Assembly (NCBI GenBank): GCA_043228905.1
Contig: JBHGNT010000005.1
Span: forward strand, 8,122,001-8,186,000
Source: Azolla caroliniana
Taxonomy: Eukaryota; Plantae; Polypodiophyta
Length of the DNA: 64,000 nt
Direction: 5' to 3'
Under the pieces are notes generated by a model. It was not told the DNA's origin. It searched no databases and worked only from the letters and a program-made list of their open reading frames with translations. The stretch's first letter is position 1. Each line of letters begins with the position of its first letter. A program made the translations under genes and the position numbers. Of the stretch, positions 49,192 to 62,251 are shown piece by piece.

Positions 49192-50727
49192 ATTTGTAAG
49201 CTACTTGGTGGTAGATCTAATAGAGGTATGGTTCACGACATGCTACAAGTAGCTCTTATGGATCGGGTTCCGCAAATACTAAATGTGCACAATATGGGTA
49301 GAAATTTCTTCCATGTTGAAGCGGTCAAGGGGGCTGATGTATTGCGCATTGTGGATATGAAATTTGTAGAGATTAAATATGGAAGAGCTCTTTTGTTGGA
49401 GTGGCATGTTAACTTGAATGCTATGGAGGAAGACTAGAAAATTGGTAACCCTCGGGTGATTTCTATGATATTCCCAAAGGTGCCTCGATAGTTATACCCC
49501 TTGATCCCAAAGATTGGGGATAAGATTGACATAGTCTGTCCCTCAAAGCTAACGATGGTAGATAGAATCATGGACTACCCTAAGATTAGAGTGCTTGTGC
49601 AAAGTTCATCCAAACTTCCCCCTATAATTAGGGTTCATGATGTAGAAGCAGGACTGATAGATGTGGCGGTGGAATATGAGGCTTACATGGCCAATGTTTT
49701 TATTGTAAAAAGAAGGGCCACATTGCTAAGGAATGCCCTAGAAAGATCAACCATAATGGGAGGGTGGGAAAGGACAAAGGGTAGGTTGCTAGGCAAGAGA
49801 ATATAGGAGTGAAATATCAGAACACCCTCAATGGGGTGAAGGAGAAGGCTAATACAGACTCTTGGACTTTGGTTTTGGGACGAAAAAATCACTTGCAGTA
49901 AGAAGGAAGCACAATTATGCCTCAGGTAAGGTTGAGGAATAACTTTGAGGCATTTTTGGAAGAGGAGGATCTGTTACAAGATCAAAGTTCAAATAATGTT
50001 GAAGAGGTGGTAGTGTGCACACCTGATGCCTTGCTTGGTAAGAGTGGAAGTATCAGACTGAGAGTGGTGAAAGAGTGGTTACGCATGGGGAGGGGTCAAG
50101 AAAGCTCACCAATCAGTTCCGAAACTCAGAAGTTGCATGAGACAAGACAAGTAACTTTAGGCGTAGATGCTCGAGTTCCGGTCAAATTTGTTCAGTCCAA
50201 AAGTTTAGTAAGGGATAGGTTTGACAAGGGGTGCAGGTTTAGCCAATAGGGTCTCAAGAGATTGATTGACTTGTGTCATGAGGAAGGCCCGAGGCTATGG
50301 GTTTATGTGGTTGTCAATGAACGCAACAAGTTGCCAAATGCTTGTTTATCTTTTGACCTGTCAAACCTGGAGATTTCAGCTAGTAACATGGAATGGATCT
50401 CGAGTTCCATAACCAGTAGGGCGAACAAGTACTTTAACAATTTGCCCATCACTTCGAATGGAGATAACTGGAGAGTGGATGAATGCTAAAATGATCTGTG
50501 GGAGGGTCAATTATTCATGCATTAAAAAATAGATGCTACTAAGCATATAAGAGAGGGTTTCTAAGGGTAGATTCCCTCGATGAGGTGTTGCACTTCCATG
50601 AGGAGGAAATGGAGGATGCAATGAGGCAGGATGTTGTGTTGGGATGGGAGAGGCTCAATAAGGGCGGTTGGGCATGGACTCACGGGGAGGGGATATGTCC
50701 GTCATGGGAGACTTCACTCATGTTTTC

Positions 50728-53216
50728 ATGAAATTACTCACATGGAACATACAAGGTCTAGGGCGTAGCAAATGTATGTTTGAAAGGAAGAACTTCCGAC
50801 AGGAGTTCAAATCCCCAAGTTTCAAGGGGCCCCCAAATATATTGTTGCTGCAAGAGCACCATCTAAGTGCAAACAAGATCTTGAATATTGGAAATCCTCT
50901 TGAGGGGGATTGGCAGACGTTCTGGTCCCCAGCTCAGGGTGAGCACGGTAGGAAAGGGGTGTTTGTACATCTATAAGGAAGTTTTTAGATGTCGTTGTGG
51001 TGGGACAGGACACCATAGTGGAGGGACGTGCAATCTATGTGACTATTAGATGGTCCCAATGTATAATTGGCATAATAAATGTGTATGTAGCCAATTCGTC
51101 AACGAACAGACCCTTTTTGGAGGCAATTGGCCGATGGCCTGCCGATTGTAGATGCATGGATCCTTGCAGGGGATTTTAACATGACTTTGCACAAAGAGGA
51201 CAAGGTGCGGGGTATGCAAATGGTGGTGTAGGGGGCTGAGCTAGTTGCATGGGATTTGCCGATGGGTCAAATGGGGGTAAAAGATGTCTGACATGTAATA
51301 AAAAAGCCTCGAAGTTCACTAAGCTTTTCGAGAGCAGGCTGTAGTACGCATGGCTTTTGCATGTCTCACATAGACAGAATATACATAAGTTCGGAACTAG
51401 AAAAATTTGGAACCAATGTTGAAATCATTGCAGGTTCAGCCTACTCCGATCATATGCCGGTTAAGATAATGCTAGAAATGCAGAGGAGACCAACAAGGGA
51501 CTGCAATGTGAGGATCATCAAAAAACTTTTTGAGGATGCGGAGGTGAGTAGAAACATAAGGCATATATGGGAAAGCAATTCGGCTGGGTGTGGCGCAATT
51601 GATAAACTTCAAGGGAAGATTATCGAAACTTCAACTTATCTCCATAGGGCGACTAAAAGTAGAATTGTGAGGTCTAAGAAGGCAGAAATGTGTTTAAGGA
51701 GATCAATAACGGTTGCCCAAAGGCAATTACAGAAAGATCCCCAATGCCAATGGTCTAGGGTAGGCCTTGAGGCTGCCAGAGAAATGTTGCAACGCTTGAT
51801 TGCATCTAGAAATACGATGCTATTTAGGAGTTCGATAGCATGGTGGAGCAAAAATGGGGATAAGGTGAATAAACAATTTTTCATGCATAAACAACCTAGA
51901 ACAAACTGTAGCTACAATCCGAAGTTGGTTAAGGATGATGGCTCTATGTCGGAGGATATTTCGGAGATCTTAGAGGCTGTCACCTCACACTATCATGAGT
52001 TACAATATCCCTGAACAACCTGCTATGATAGAATATGTGCTAGAGGGAATGCAACATATAATTTTAGATGCGGCACAAGCTAATTTGGCGAGGCCTCTCT
52101 TGGAAGAGGAGGTGGCTGATGCTTTAGCAAGTATTTGCAGAACGTCCTGTCCAGGCTCTGATGGACTATCAAGAGAATTTTTCAAATACTTTTGGGACGC
52201 GATCAGGGCAAATTTAGTTGATGGGCTAAAAGAGGCATGGGATGTTGGGTACTTACATGCACAATTTCAAGAGGGGATGATATTTCTAATTCCTACGGTA
52301 CAAGGTGTAACAACTGATGCAAGGCAATAGAGAACGATCACGCTACTCAACACAATATATAAGATATTTGCCAATATACTAGCCAAGAGGGTAAAACCCT
52401 ACATGCAGGAACTAATCCATGTTGGACAAACAGGGTTCATGGAAAACACATGCATAATTGATAATGTGTTGACATTTTGGGAGGCGATTGCCTTGGCAAA
52501 GAAAACCAATCAGCATATTGCCTGCCCCATGCTTGACTTTGAGAAGGCATATGATAGAGTTCAACGTTCTTTTTTAGATAAAGTCATGGAAAGGTTGGGA
52601 TTACCTTTAAAATGGAGATCAGCTACGCTAGCCCTTTACAAAGGAAGTTCAAGTAGGGTGTTAGTGACAGGGGATCGTGGCCCATTGATTCCAGTACGCA
52701 AGTTTGTTAGACAAGGGTGCCCGCTGGCCCCCTATCTTTATTTATTCATTACAGAGGCATTATCTTTCTTTTTGAACAAATCGGATGCAGGAATAAGGGG
52801 TTTGGTTATTCCATATGTGAGCAAGGATTTGTTAGACACTGAGTATGCAGATGACACTATGCTTTACTTGCAAGGCAATGATGCTAATTTATAGAAGGCT
52901 GAAGGATGGATTGAGTGGTTTTGCAAAGCGTTAAGGGGGAAAATTAATTGGAAAAAAAGTAGGGGATTTTGGTTAAGTTCAAACGCATGACTGTTATGGT
53001 GTCCCAACGTTGATTTTCAATGAGTCCCCAATGGCATGGTAAGTATTTGGGCTTTTTGGTGGGAGTTGAGACACCTAAACATCAACAACTTGAGCAGGTC
53101 AAAGACTAAATGAGAAAAAAGCTTCGGTTGTGGGCATTAGTAAAGCTCTCCCTTGCTGGTAGGGTTGTGGTGGTGAACCATATTTTGCTGGCCACCACGT
53201 GGCATTTAGTGGCATT
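50728..53216 (+). pseudogene. L1 ORF2 endonuclease-RT
   Basis: ORFs 50668-50976, 51361-52014, 51995-52330 and 52403-52894 carry the motifs above. Confidence 0.93.
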
Positions 53217-56200
53217 TAGTGTGTGAACTCACCTTGAGAGTGAATAAACACTACAATGGTCAAGAGTCACCATTATGTCACCTCTTTGTATTCTAGCATT
53301 TAGTATGAGTCATAGAATCATATTCTATGACACATAACTTTTGAGCTTTCACATTCCCCATGCTCCATGAGTCTTGTAGTTAATGAAGAGAGAGGGTGAC
53401 TATATAAAGCACCCTCCTCCCACCTTGTATAATGTTAAGTCTTTCTCCTTTGTTAATACAATCTACCTTGCGTATACTCTGCGTCTTACTCCTTATCTCT
53501 CTCACTCACTCTCTCTTTTTCTCTCTCTCATACACACATAGTTCACACCTATTCCGCTTCACAAGAATCCATCTCTGATTCTTTACATGGTATCAAAGCG
53601 ATTTGGTAGCTCGATCTAGCCCATTTGCCTCATCGTGATCGTGTGTTGTGCTCCACGCCGACGACCAAGAACTGGCTCATCGCCATCGTAGCTTCGCTAC
53701 ATAGCTCGCATTTGAAGAGAGAAGAAGAAGAAGAAGAATCAACATAATGAATACTCAAATGGGGAGCGCTCTCCCTAGCAAGAAGTTGGATCAAAACAAC
53801 TTCGCATCTTGGGAGTACAAGATGCACCAATACCTTGTCAGACAAGGCTATTGGAGCTACGTCAAAGGAGTGCATGAAGATCGACCCACCGATGCGGCTC
53901 TCGGATATGAGACATGGGAGCAAGCCGCAAGCCGCGTGATGTATTGCTTGGCAACATGTGTTCATGATCACATGCTCGGCTACATTCGCAAAGCCAAGAC
54001 GCCGAAGGAAGCGTGGGAAAATCTACGAAAGATTTTCGCCGCCAACACGACCGCGAGGAAGCTTCAACTTCACCAAGAGTTGAACAACATTCAACAAAGG
54101 GACATGTCCATCACGACATACACCTTGAAGATCAAGGAGCTTTGTGACTTGCTCGGCTCAATAAGCGTAAGTATAGATGATGATGAGATGGTGCAAATAT
54201 GCCTCGGCGGCCTCACACCATGTTTCAGCGCGATGCGAACCGCCGTTCTAGCACGAGAGAAATCTCCCTCCTTCTTCGAGCTCCAATCAACGCTATTGTT
54301 CGAAGAAAACCACATGCGTACAAGGAGCAATGAGTCAGAAGGCCACATGCTCTACGCGCACTCGAACAGAGGAAGAGGACGCGGATGAGCGAGAAGTCGA
54401 TTCAGCCAAGGACAAGGCGGACGAGGTTCGACCGACAACAACTCCAAATTTCAGCCGCAAAACGGAGGCCAATGAGGAACCTTCGCAAGAAGGGGGAGCT
54501 TCCACTCCGGCCCGAGCCGTCAAAACACAACCGAATGCGGATATTGCGGAAAGCTTGGACACCACGAAGAATAGTGCCGAAAGAAGATGCGCGAATCGGC
54601 TTCCACAAGCCGACAACTCACGAATTACGCGCACAATTCCGACTACGAAGAGTATAGCGGAATGGCACGGGCACAACTCCGACTATGAAGATTGTGGCGG
54701 AATGTACGCACACAACTCCGACCGTGGCGGAATGTTCTTGATGAAACATAGAGCAAACTCTATGTCGGCCTCTACCTCAATTAATGCCTCCAGTCCGGAA
54801 GACGTATGGTTCGTTGATTCCGGTGCCTCAAACCATATGACATCACATCAAGAATGGTTCCTAGAACTTCAAGAGCTGGACTGACCCGGCTATGTCGAAA
54901 CCGGAGACGACACTACACACCCGATTCGGCACATCGGCAATGCTCTGTTCAGAAAAGAAGGTAAGAAAAATTACATTAAAAATGTCTTGCATGTACGTAC
55001 CATTACAAAGAATTTGGTCTCCGTTGGCCAAATTGTAGAGCAAGGGATGCAAGTTCGATTTAATCAAGGCGGTTGCTTCATCAAAAAAGAGGGCCGACTG
55101 ATCGCACGCGGACGAAGAGAGGGCCGAATGTTCATTCTTGACTCACATGAGATGAAATCAGCCATGTTCGCAAAGGGCATGAAAGCCGACTCCGACATAG
55201 AGCTGTGGCACAAGCGAATCGGCCACATTAATCTCAACAAACTCAAAGCAATGAAATCGAAAGGAGTCTTCATCGGACTCCCGACATTCAAAGAGAAGGA
55301 GATTGAAGGTGTATGTGAAGCGTGCCAATTCGGCAAGCAACACCGACACCCATTCCCGAAAGAGCGGAACGTGAGCAAAGGTCTACTCGACGTAGTCCAT
55401 TCCGACGTATGGGGACCGGCGTAGACGGCTACATTCGGCGGATGCCGATATTACGTGCTCTTCATCGACGATTTCTCCAGGCACACTTGGATCTATCCGA
55501 TGCGGCAAAAGAGCGAAGTGTTTGGACACTTCCAAAATTTCAAGAATGAAGTCGAGAAAGCCACGGGCCGACATGTACGATGTCTCTGATCAGATGGCGG
55601 CAAGGAGTACTTCTCAGACGATTTCACGACGTATCTCTGAAATGAAGGAATTCGGTGAGAATTCACTTGCCGACATACTCTGCAACAAAACGGAGTAGCC
55701 GAGCGCAAAAATCGGCACATCCTCGAAGTAGCGCAGGCCATGATGAACGAAAAGCACGTGCCGAAGTCGTACTGGGCAGAAGCGGCTAACACGGCCGTAT
55801 ACCTCATGAATCGATGTACGACATCGGGTGTGCACGAACTTACGCCGCACGAGAAGTTCTTCGGAAAGAAGCCGGACCTATCACATGTTCGGATATTCGG
55901 CTCCATTGCGTACGTGCACATCCCCGGCGAGAAGCGTCAAAAGCTTGACCCGAAGTCGGAGAAATGTATCCTCGTAGGATACTCACTAGAGCAAAAGGCG
56001 TACAAGTGCTACAACCCCTCAACTCGAAAATCTCGAGTAAGTCGAGACGTCGTGTTTGATGAGTCCGCATCCTGGTACGCACCAGAGACAACTCCGACTC
56101 CGACTCCACTCGACCCGGACTCCGCCGAACAAGAGATAGAGGATGAAGATCGCCTTATGTGCATGTTCGAAGAAAGCCCGATCACGACCCGACTGAGCGG

Positions 56201-57433
56201 ACCACAAGAGCCTTTGAGCGATCAAAGCACATCACGGCCTAGCTCGGAGATGGACAAAGGCAAGGCGAAAATGTCGGAATACAAAGACGATTGCTTCGCC
56301 GATGATGCGTCGACTCACTCACTCGACAGTGAGTTCGGCAGCTTCGATGTACCAATTGGAGCTAAGAAAGCCGTCATCTCTGCAAATGAAAAGCTCCATC
56401 GCTCCACCCGTGAAAAGAACCCCATAAGCCGATTCGGCTACAACGATTATATGGCGTACCATTACGCCTTTATGATGAAGGTAGCAACAGTACGGGAGCC
56501 GGAAACATTTTCCGAAGCAGCCAAGGATCCGCGATGGATCGACGCAATGAATGAGGAGATGCAGGCACTACACAAGAACGAGACGTGGGATCTCGTTCCC
56601 ACCTCACCACACAAAAAGGCGATCGGATGCAGATGGATTTACAAAGTGAAGTACAATGCCGACAGTTCCGTTAACCGCTACAAAGTGCGACTCGTAGCGA
56701 AAGGTTATGCCCAAACTCACGGAGTTGACTACAAGGAGACCTTTGCCCTAGTGGCAAAGATGATGACAGTGCGGACCGTAATTGTGCTTGCCGCGGCGAA
56801 AGGGTGGCACCTCCATCAAATGGACGTCAAGAACGCCTTTCTACAAGGCGAATTAGAAGAGGTGTACATGATACTACCACCCGTGTTCAACTCGAGCACC
56901 CATCCGCAAGCTGTGTGCCGACTCAAGAAGCCCCTTTACGGCCTCAAGCAAGCACCGCGTGCTTGGCATTCGAAAATAACGCAATATCTTCATCAAATCG
57001 GCTTCCGTATTCAAAATCGGACAACTCCCTCTACATACGAAGCGATTCCGCAAGTCCTATCGTCATCATCTTATATGTGGATGAACTAGTCATTTGAGGT
57101 GAGCATCTCGTCGAAATCAATAAAGTCAAATCCCTCCTTTCCGACAAGTTCGAGATGACGGACATGAAGGAGCTCCACTAATTCCTCGGCATCGAGGTAA
57201 TTCGGACTCCGGCCGGAATCATGATCTCTCAACGGCACTACATCCTTAACTTGTTATACAAGTTCGCGATGGCTAAGTGCAAATCTGCGGCAACCCCGCT
57301 CCATCGCAATCTCAAACTCGATGCGAACTCCAGCACCAAAGCGTGTGAGCCGACCCAGTATGGGCAACTCATTGGGAGTTTGATCTACCTCACGATCACT
57401 CGACTCGATCTCAGTTATCCGGTCGGTCTCCTT

Positions 57434-60400
57434 TGTTGAAAACGGCGCTCGGCCACAACCGAGGAATAGGATCAACTCTCAGAAAACGGGAAATACAAAA
57501 TGCACAAAGACAATAGAGAGAAGAGTACACAGGATATCTCATCCGGCCATCCCATCCGGAGGGACCGTAATCCCAACAAACTCCCCCTTCACTTCGGCAT
57601 GGGATGTCTTTCCAGTCCGACCCTCTTCCGGCACGCTTCCAGCTTGTCGGGTGTGAGCACTTTGGTCAGCATATCTGACCCGTTCTCGTCCGTGTGGATC
57701 TTCGTCAGCACGAACTCCTGGTCTTCTATCCTTTCCCGGATCCAGTGATATCTTCGCTGGATGTGCTTCGTCCGGGAGTGATAGGCCGCGTTCTTCGCAA
57801 GGTGGATGGCACTCTGACTGTCGCAGTAGAGTCGGTACTCCTCCTGCCGGATACCGAGCTCTCTAATGAAGTCCTTCATCCATATTATTTCCTTGCCGGC
57901 TTCAACAGCCGCCATGTACTCCGCCTCCGTGGTTGACAACGCAACCGTCTTCTGCAGCCTCGACTGCCACGAAACAGCTCCCCCTGCATACGTTATCACA
58001 TACCCTGATGTGGACCGGCTGGTGTCTGTATCAGCCGACATATCCGAATTGGTAAAGCCGTCGAGTTCGGGCTTACCGGAGCCGAATCGGAGGCACACGT
58101 TTGCCGTGCCCTTCAGGTATCGGAGTATCCACTTTACCGCGTTCCAGTGTTCTTTGCCGGGATTGCTCATGTACAGGCTCACCACTCCGACTGCGTATCC
58201 TATGTCCGGTCTTGTACACACCATTCCGTACATCAAGCTTCCAACGGCAGAGGCATATGGTACTTTCATCATGTCCTCCTTCTCAGCCTTTGTCTTGGGG
58301 CTTTGCTTGCTGGACAGCTTGCAGTTTGCCGGGAGGGTTGACCCGACCGGTCTTGCTTCCGACATGTTGAACCGGTGAAGCACCTTTGTCACGTACTTCT
58401 CCTGTGATAGCCACAACTGCTTCTTCTTCCGGTCCCGGATGATGTGCATCCCTAGTATTTGCCTCGCCGGACCTAGGTCCTTCATTGAGAAGGTTCGGTG
58501 AAGCGTTTTCTTCAGCATCCGTATCTTGACCTGGTCCCGTCCGACGATAAACATGTCGTCCACGTACAGGAGGAGTATTAGAAAGTCTCCTCCTTCGAAC
58601 TTCTTCACAAACACGCAGTGATCGGACTGCGTTTTGTGGTACCCTTCGTCGGTCATGAAGGAGTCGAACTTCCGGTACCATTGCCGGGGAGCCTGCTTCA
58701 GTCCGTAAAGGCTCTTTTTCAACCGGCATACCAGGTGCTCCTTCCCTTTCTTCTCGAATCCTTCCGGTTGCTGCATGTAGATCTCTTCTTCGAGGTCACC
58801 GTGAAGGAATGCCGTCTTCACGTCCATCTGTTCTACCTCGAGGTCCATGCTTGCCGCTATGCTCAGCACCGTCCGGATGGAGGTCATCTTCACTACCGGG
58901 GCAAATATCTCGTCGAAGTTGACGCCCTTCTTCTGCTGGAACCCCTTCACCACGATCCTAGCTTTGTATCTCGGGGGGTTGCCGGCATCTCCCGGTTTCA
59001 GCTTGAACACCCACTTGTTTCGAAGTGCCCGCTTTCCTTTCGGCAACTCCACAAGTTCATATGTGTGGTTCTCATGCAGGGAATCCATCTCCTCCTGCAT
59101 GGCACTTAACCACCTGCGGCTATGGTTGTCAAGCTTTGCTTCTTCAAAACTCTCCGGCTCCCCCTCGTCGGTTAGCAGCACGTGCTCTGGTTTCGGGAAT
59201 CTCCGGGGGGCCCTTCTCTCTCTTAGAGGATATCTCCGTTCCGGAGCTTCGGTAACCGGCTCCTCCGTTTCCTCTTCATCCGAATCCATTTCGGGATCGG
59301 GGCCGGTTCCGGTATCAGTTTCATCTTCCTCGGCCGGTTCTGTTTCTTCACCGTCTTCGGCCGGATCCTCGAGTGCTAACCGGTCCCCTGCCGGTCGGGA
59401 CTGCTCCTCGTAGAGTTGATCCTCACCGGTCGACTTGGAGCTCTTCATCTTCTTCTCCGACTCCCAGTCGGCGAGTGTCTTGTCCTCCATGAAGATGATA
59501 TCTCGACTCCTGAATATCTTCTTGTCGACCGGGTCCCATACTCGGTAGCCGAACTCGTCGTCGCCGTAACCGAGGAATATGCATGGCCGGGTCTTTGGAT
59601 CTAACTTTCCTCTCCGGTCCTTTGCCACATGCACGTATGCGAGACACCCGAACACCTTCAGATGCCGGTAGGACACTTCCTTACCGGTCCACACTCTCTG
59701 CGGCGTGTCTCCGTCCAAAGGTACTGAGGGTGATCTGTTTATCACGTATGTTGCCGTCGACATTGCCTCAGCCCAAAACCCCTTGGGTAATTTCGCATGC
59801 GCCAGCATACTCCGGACCCTCTCCATTATGGTCCGGTTCATCCTCTCGGCCAGCCCGTTCAGTTCCGGCGTCTTCGGCACAGTAAACTCGAGCCGGATTC
59901 CCTTTGTGCGACAGTACTCCTGGAACTGCCCCCGGTATTCCCCTCCGTTATCCGCTCGTATCGCTTTCAGCTTCTTGCCGGATTCCCTTTCCACTCTCGC
60001 GTGGAGTTCTTTGAAGACGCACAACACTTGGTCCTTTGTCTTCAACGGTGCCGTCCACAGCTTCCGGCTGTGGTCATCAATGAATGTCACGAAGTACTGG
60101 GCTCCGCCATGTGACTTCGTTTCTACTTGACACACGTGAGTGTGCACCAGCTCCAATGGTGCGCTACGTCTCGTCGGTGGCCTTGAGTGGAAGGAGGTTC
60201 GGTTCTGCTTACCGGCCAGGCAATCGGTGCACTTCTCCAGGTGCACATGCTTCACTGGAATAAGGTTGTCTTCTGCAAGCCTCTTCATCCCCTTCTCACT
60301 CATGTGGCACAGTCTCTTGTGCCACAACTCACCGGCAGTGTCAGCTGCCACGTTCAGCTCCTCCGGACACAGTCGGGAATTCATCAGGTACAGTGTGTTG

Positions 60401-62251
60401 ACCTTCCGGGCCCGAGCCACTATCAGGCTCCCTTTGCTGAACTTCATGACACCGTTCCGGATGCTACCCGTGTAGCCTTCATCATCTAGCCTCCCGGCCG
60501 AAATCAGGTTCAATCGAACCTCCGGAACGTGTCGAACATCCTTCAGCAGCATCTTGCATCCGGTTGATGTCATCAGCCACACGTCTCCTATGCCGGCAAT
60601 CCGGCATGTACCTTCATTTCCCATCCGGACACAGCCGTGCTCACCGGCTGTGTAGGATGAGAAGTATTTCTTCTCTGGGGTCAGGTGGAACGACGCTCCG
60701 GAATCGACCACCCAGGTCATCTCTTCACCGGCAAGGTTCAGCTCCCTCTCTTCGGTAATGAGCATTATCTCTTCTTCACTTGCCGCGAGTGCCGTCGTTC
60801 CTTTCCGGTCCTGCCCTCGCCGATCCGGACCTCTCCGGTCCGTGGCTTCCCGGTATGCACCGTTTCGCTCCGGTGACTTCTTCGAATCGGTACCGTCGGT
60901 TCCGTTGTCTTTCCGGAAATGCCGACAGTTCTTCTGGAAGTGCCCCGGCTTCCCACAGTAGAAGCATGTAGGTCTTCCCCTCGACTGCGACCGTGTCCCC
61001 GACTTCTCCCGTCTTTGCGGACTCCGGTTCCGTTGTCTTCCCCGTGCCGATTCGGTAAGCAGCGCCTTTGAGTCGGAGGCCGGTTCTTTATCTCTCCGAC
61101 GCGCTTCTTCATTTAGAATACTTGTCTTTACCGTTAGTAAAGACAAGTTCTCTTCCTTACAGGAGGTGCTGAGAGTAACTACCAAGTTCTCCCAGCTCTC
61201 CGGAAGGGTACACATCAACATGATGGCTTGCATTGCGTCATCCAACGGGAACTTGATCACCGCAAGCTGGTTCACGAATCCCATGAACGTGCTGACGTGT
61301 TCGACCATGCTCTCGCCGTCCCGGTACTTAAGATTCACTATCTTCCTCATCAGGGAGGTCCGGGTCAGAGCATTCTTCCTCTCATACAGTCCGGACAGCT
61401 TCTGCCACATCTCATAGGCGTTCGTATCGTTCGCCACATGTTGCAGGACACTTACATCGACATATTGCCGGATCGTCGCTACGGCTTTCCGGTTCAGGAG
61501 CTTCCACTCCGACTCTATTACCCCCTTGGGTATCTCGGCATTGTCGATCGGTTCGTACAGGTCTCGGACGATGAGAAGGTCTTCCATCTTTATCTTCCAG
61601 TCGGCGTAGTTCTGTGAGTTCAACACCATCATGCCCGGAGGCCCACTACCGCCGCCTTCCATTTTCTGTGTTAACCTCGCTCTGATACCACTTGTTGAAA
61701 ACGGCGCTCGGCCACAACCGAGGAATAGGATCAACTCTCAGAAAACGGGAAATACAAAATGCACAAAGACAATAGAGAGAAGAGTACACAGGATATTTTA
61801 CGTGGAAAACCCTAAATGGGAAAAACCACGGGAGTCCTCAAACTCCAACTATCACTATAAACAGAGGTGTACAATGGTGAAGCTACAAGGCAACAACCTT
61901 GAGCTCACTCTCTTCGCCACAGGCGGCGGTAATACACAGAGGCAATGACCTCTTCATCTCTCTCTCTCTCTCTCTCTCTTCGGCTGCTCTCACTTCGCTC
62001 CCTCTAAGTGGAGTAAACAGAAAAATGAGCAACAACATCAAAACTGTTTGCCCTAAGTCATATTTATACACATATGACTTTCGGGCTATTTACAAATATA
62101 GCCTCAAGGGCCCTTGGCAAACATATTCATAAATATGTCCCCGCATCCGGATCTCTCTCCGGGTACATTCGTCATCCGGCTCCGTAGCCGGGGTCTTCAT
62201 CATCCGGCTCCATAGCCGGCCATCCCATCCGGAGGGACCGTAATCCCAACA
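57434..62251 (-). mobile_element. Ty1/copia family A copy 2, recent insertion
   Basis: TSD TCCTT (57429-57433, 62252-62256); 5' LTR 61693-62251; PBS TGGTATCAGAGC 61679-61690; PPT near 57581-57590; internally deleted 3' LTR 57434-57578. Confidence 0.97.
57589..61662 (-). CDS. copia Gag-Pol polyprotein, uninterrupted ORF (1357 aa from MEGGGSG)
   Basis: gag, CFYCGKPGHFQKNC, VVDSGAS, IN, RT YVDD and RH in a single frame. Confidence 0.95.
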   Translation of the reverse strand: MEGGGSGPPGMMVLNSQNYADWKIKMEDLLIVRDLYEPIDNAEIPKGVIESEWKLLNRKAVATIRQYVDVSVLQHVANDTNAYEMWQKLSGLYERKNALTRTSLMRKIVNLKYRDGESMVEHVSTFMGFVNQLAVIKFPLDDAMQAIMLMCTLPESWENLVVTLSTSCKEENLSLLTVKTSILNEEARRRDKEPASDSKALLTESARGRQRNRSPQRREKSGTRSQSRGRPTCFYCGKPGHFQKNCRHFRKDNGTDGTDSKKSPERNGAYREATDRRGPDRRGQDRKGTTALAASEEEIMLITEERELNLAGEEMTWVVDSGASFHLTPEKKYFSSYTAGEHGCVRMGNEGTCRIAGIGDVWLMTSTGCKMLLKDVRHVPEVRLNLISAGRLDDEGYTGSIRNGVMKFSKGSLIVARARKVNTLYLMNSRLCPEELNVAADTAGELWHKRLCHMSEKGMKRLAEDNLIPVKHVHLEKCTDCLAGKQNRTSFHSRPPTRRSAPLELVHTHVCQVETKSHGGAQYFVTFIDDHSRKLWTAPLKTKDQVLCVFKELHARVERESGKKLKAIRADNGGEYRGQFQEYCRTKGIRLEFTVPKTPELNGLAERMNRTIMERVRSMLAHAKLPKGFWAEAMSTATYVINRSPSVPLDGDTPQRVWTGKEVSYRHLKVFGCLAYVHVAKDRRGKLDPKTRPCIFLGYGDDEFGYRVWDPVDKKIFRSRDIIFMEDKTLADWESEKKMKSSKSTGEDQLYEEQSRPAGDRLALEDPAEDGEETEPAEEDETDTGTGPDPEMDSDEEETEEPVTEAPERRYPLRERRAPRRFPKPEHVLLTDEGEPESFEEAKLDNHSRRWLSAMQEEMDSLHENHTYELVELPKGKRALRNKWVFKLKPGDAGNPPRYKARIVVKGFQQKKGVNFDEIFAPVVKMTSIRTVLSIAASMDLEVEQMDVKTAFLHGDLEEEIYMQQPEGFEKKGKEHLVCRLKKSLYGLKQAPRQWYRKFDSFMTDEGYHKTQSDHCVFVKKFEGGDFLILLLYVDDMFIVGRDQVKIRMLKKTLHRTFSMKDLGPARQILGMHIIRDRKKKQLWLSQEKYVTKVLHRFNMSEARPVGSTLPANCKLSSKQSPKTKAEKEDMMKVPYASAVGSLMYGMVCTRPDIGYAVGVVSLYMSNPGKEHWNAVKWILRYLKGTANVCLRFGSGKPELDGFTNSDMSADTDTSRSTSGYVITYAGGAVSWQSRLQKTVALSTTEAEYMAAVEAGKEIIWMKDFIRELGIRQEEYRLYCDSQSAIHLAKNAAYHSRTKHIQRRYHWIRERIEDQEFVLTKIHTDENGSDMLTKVLTPDKLEACRKRVGLERHPMPK

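Noticed and set aside
57694-61617. Numerous antisense ORFs over copia A2 and other TEs
   Set aside because: Expected shadow ORFs of GC-rich coding sequence; no independent motifs
61663-61734. N-terminal 24 aa of the 1381-aa ORF
   Set aside because: Starts at a non-ATG codon inside the LTR and crosses the PBS; the true start is more likely 61662
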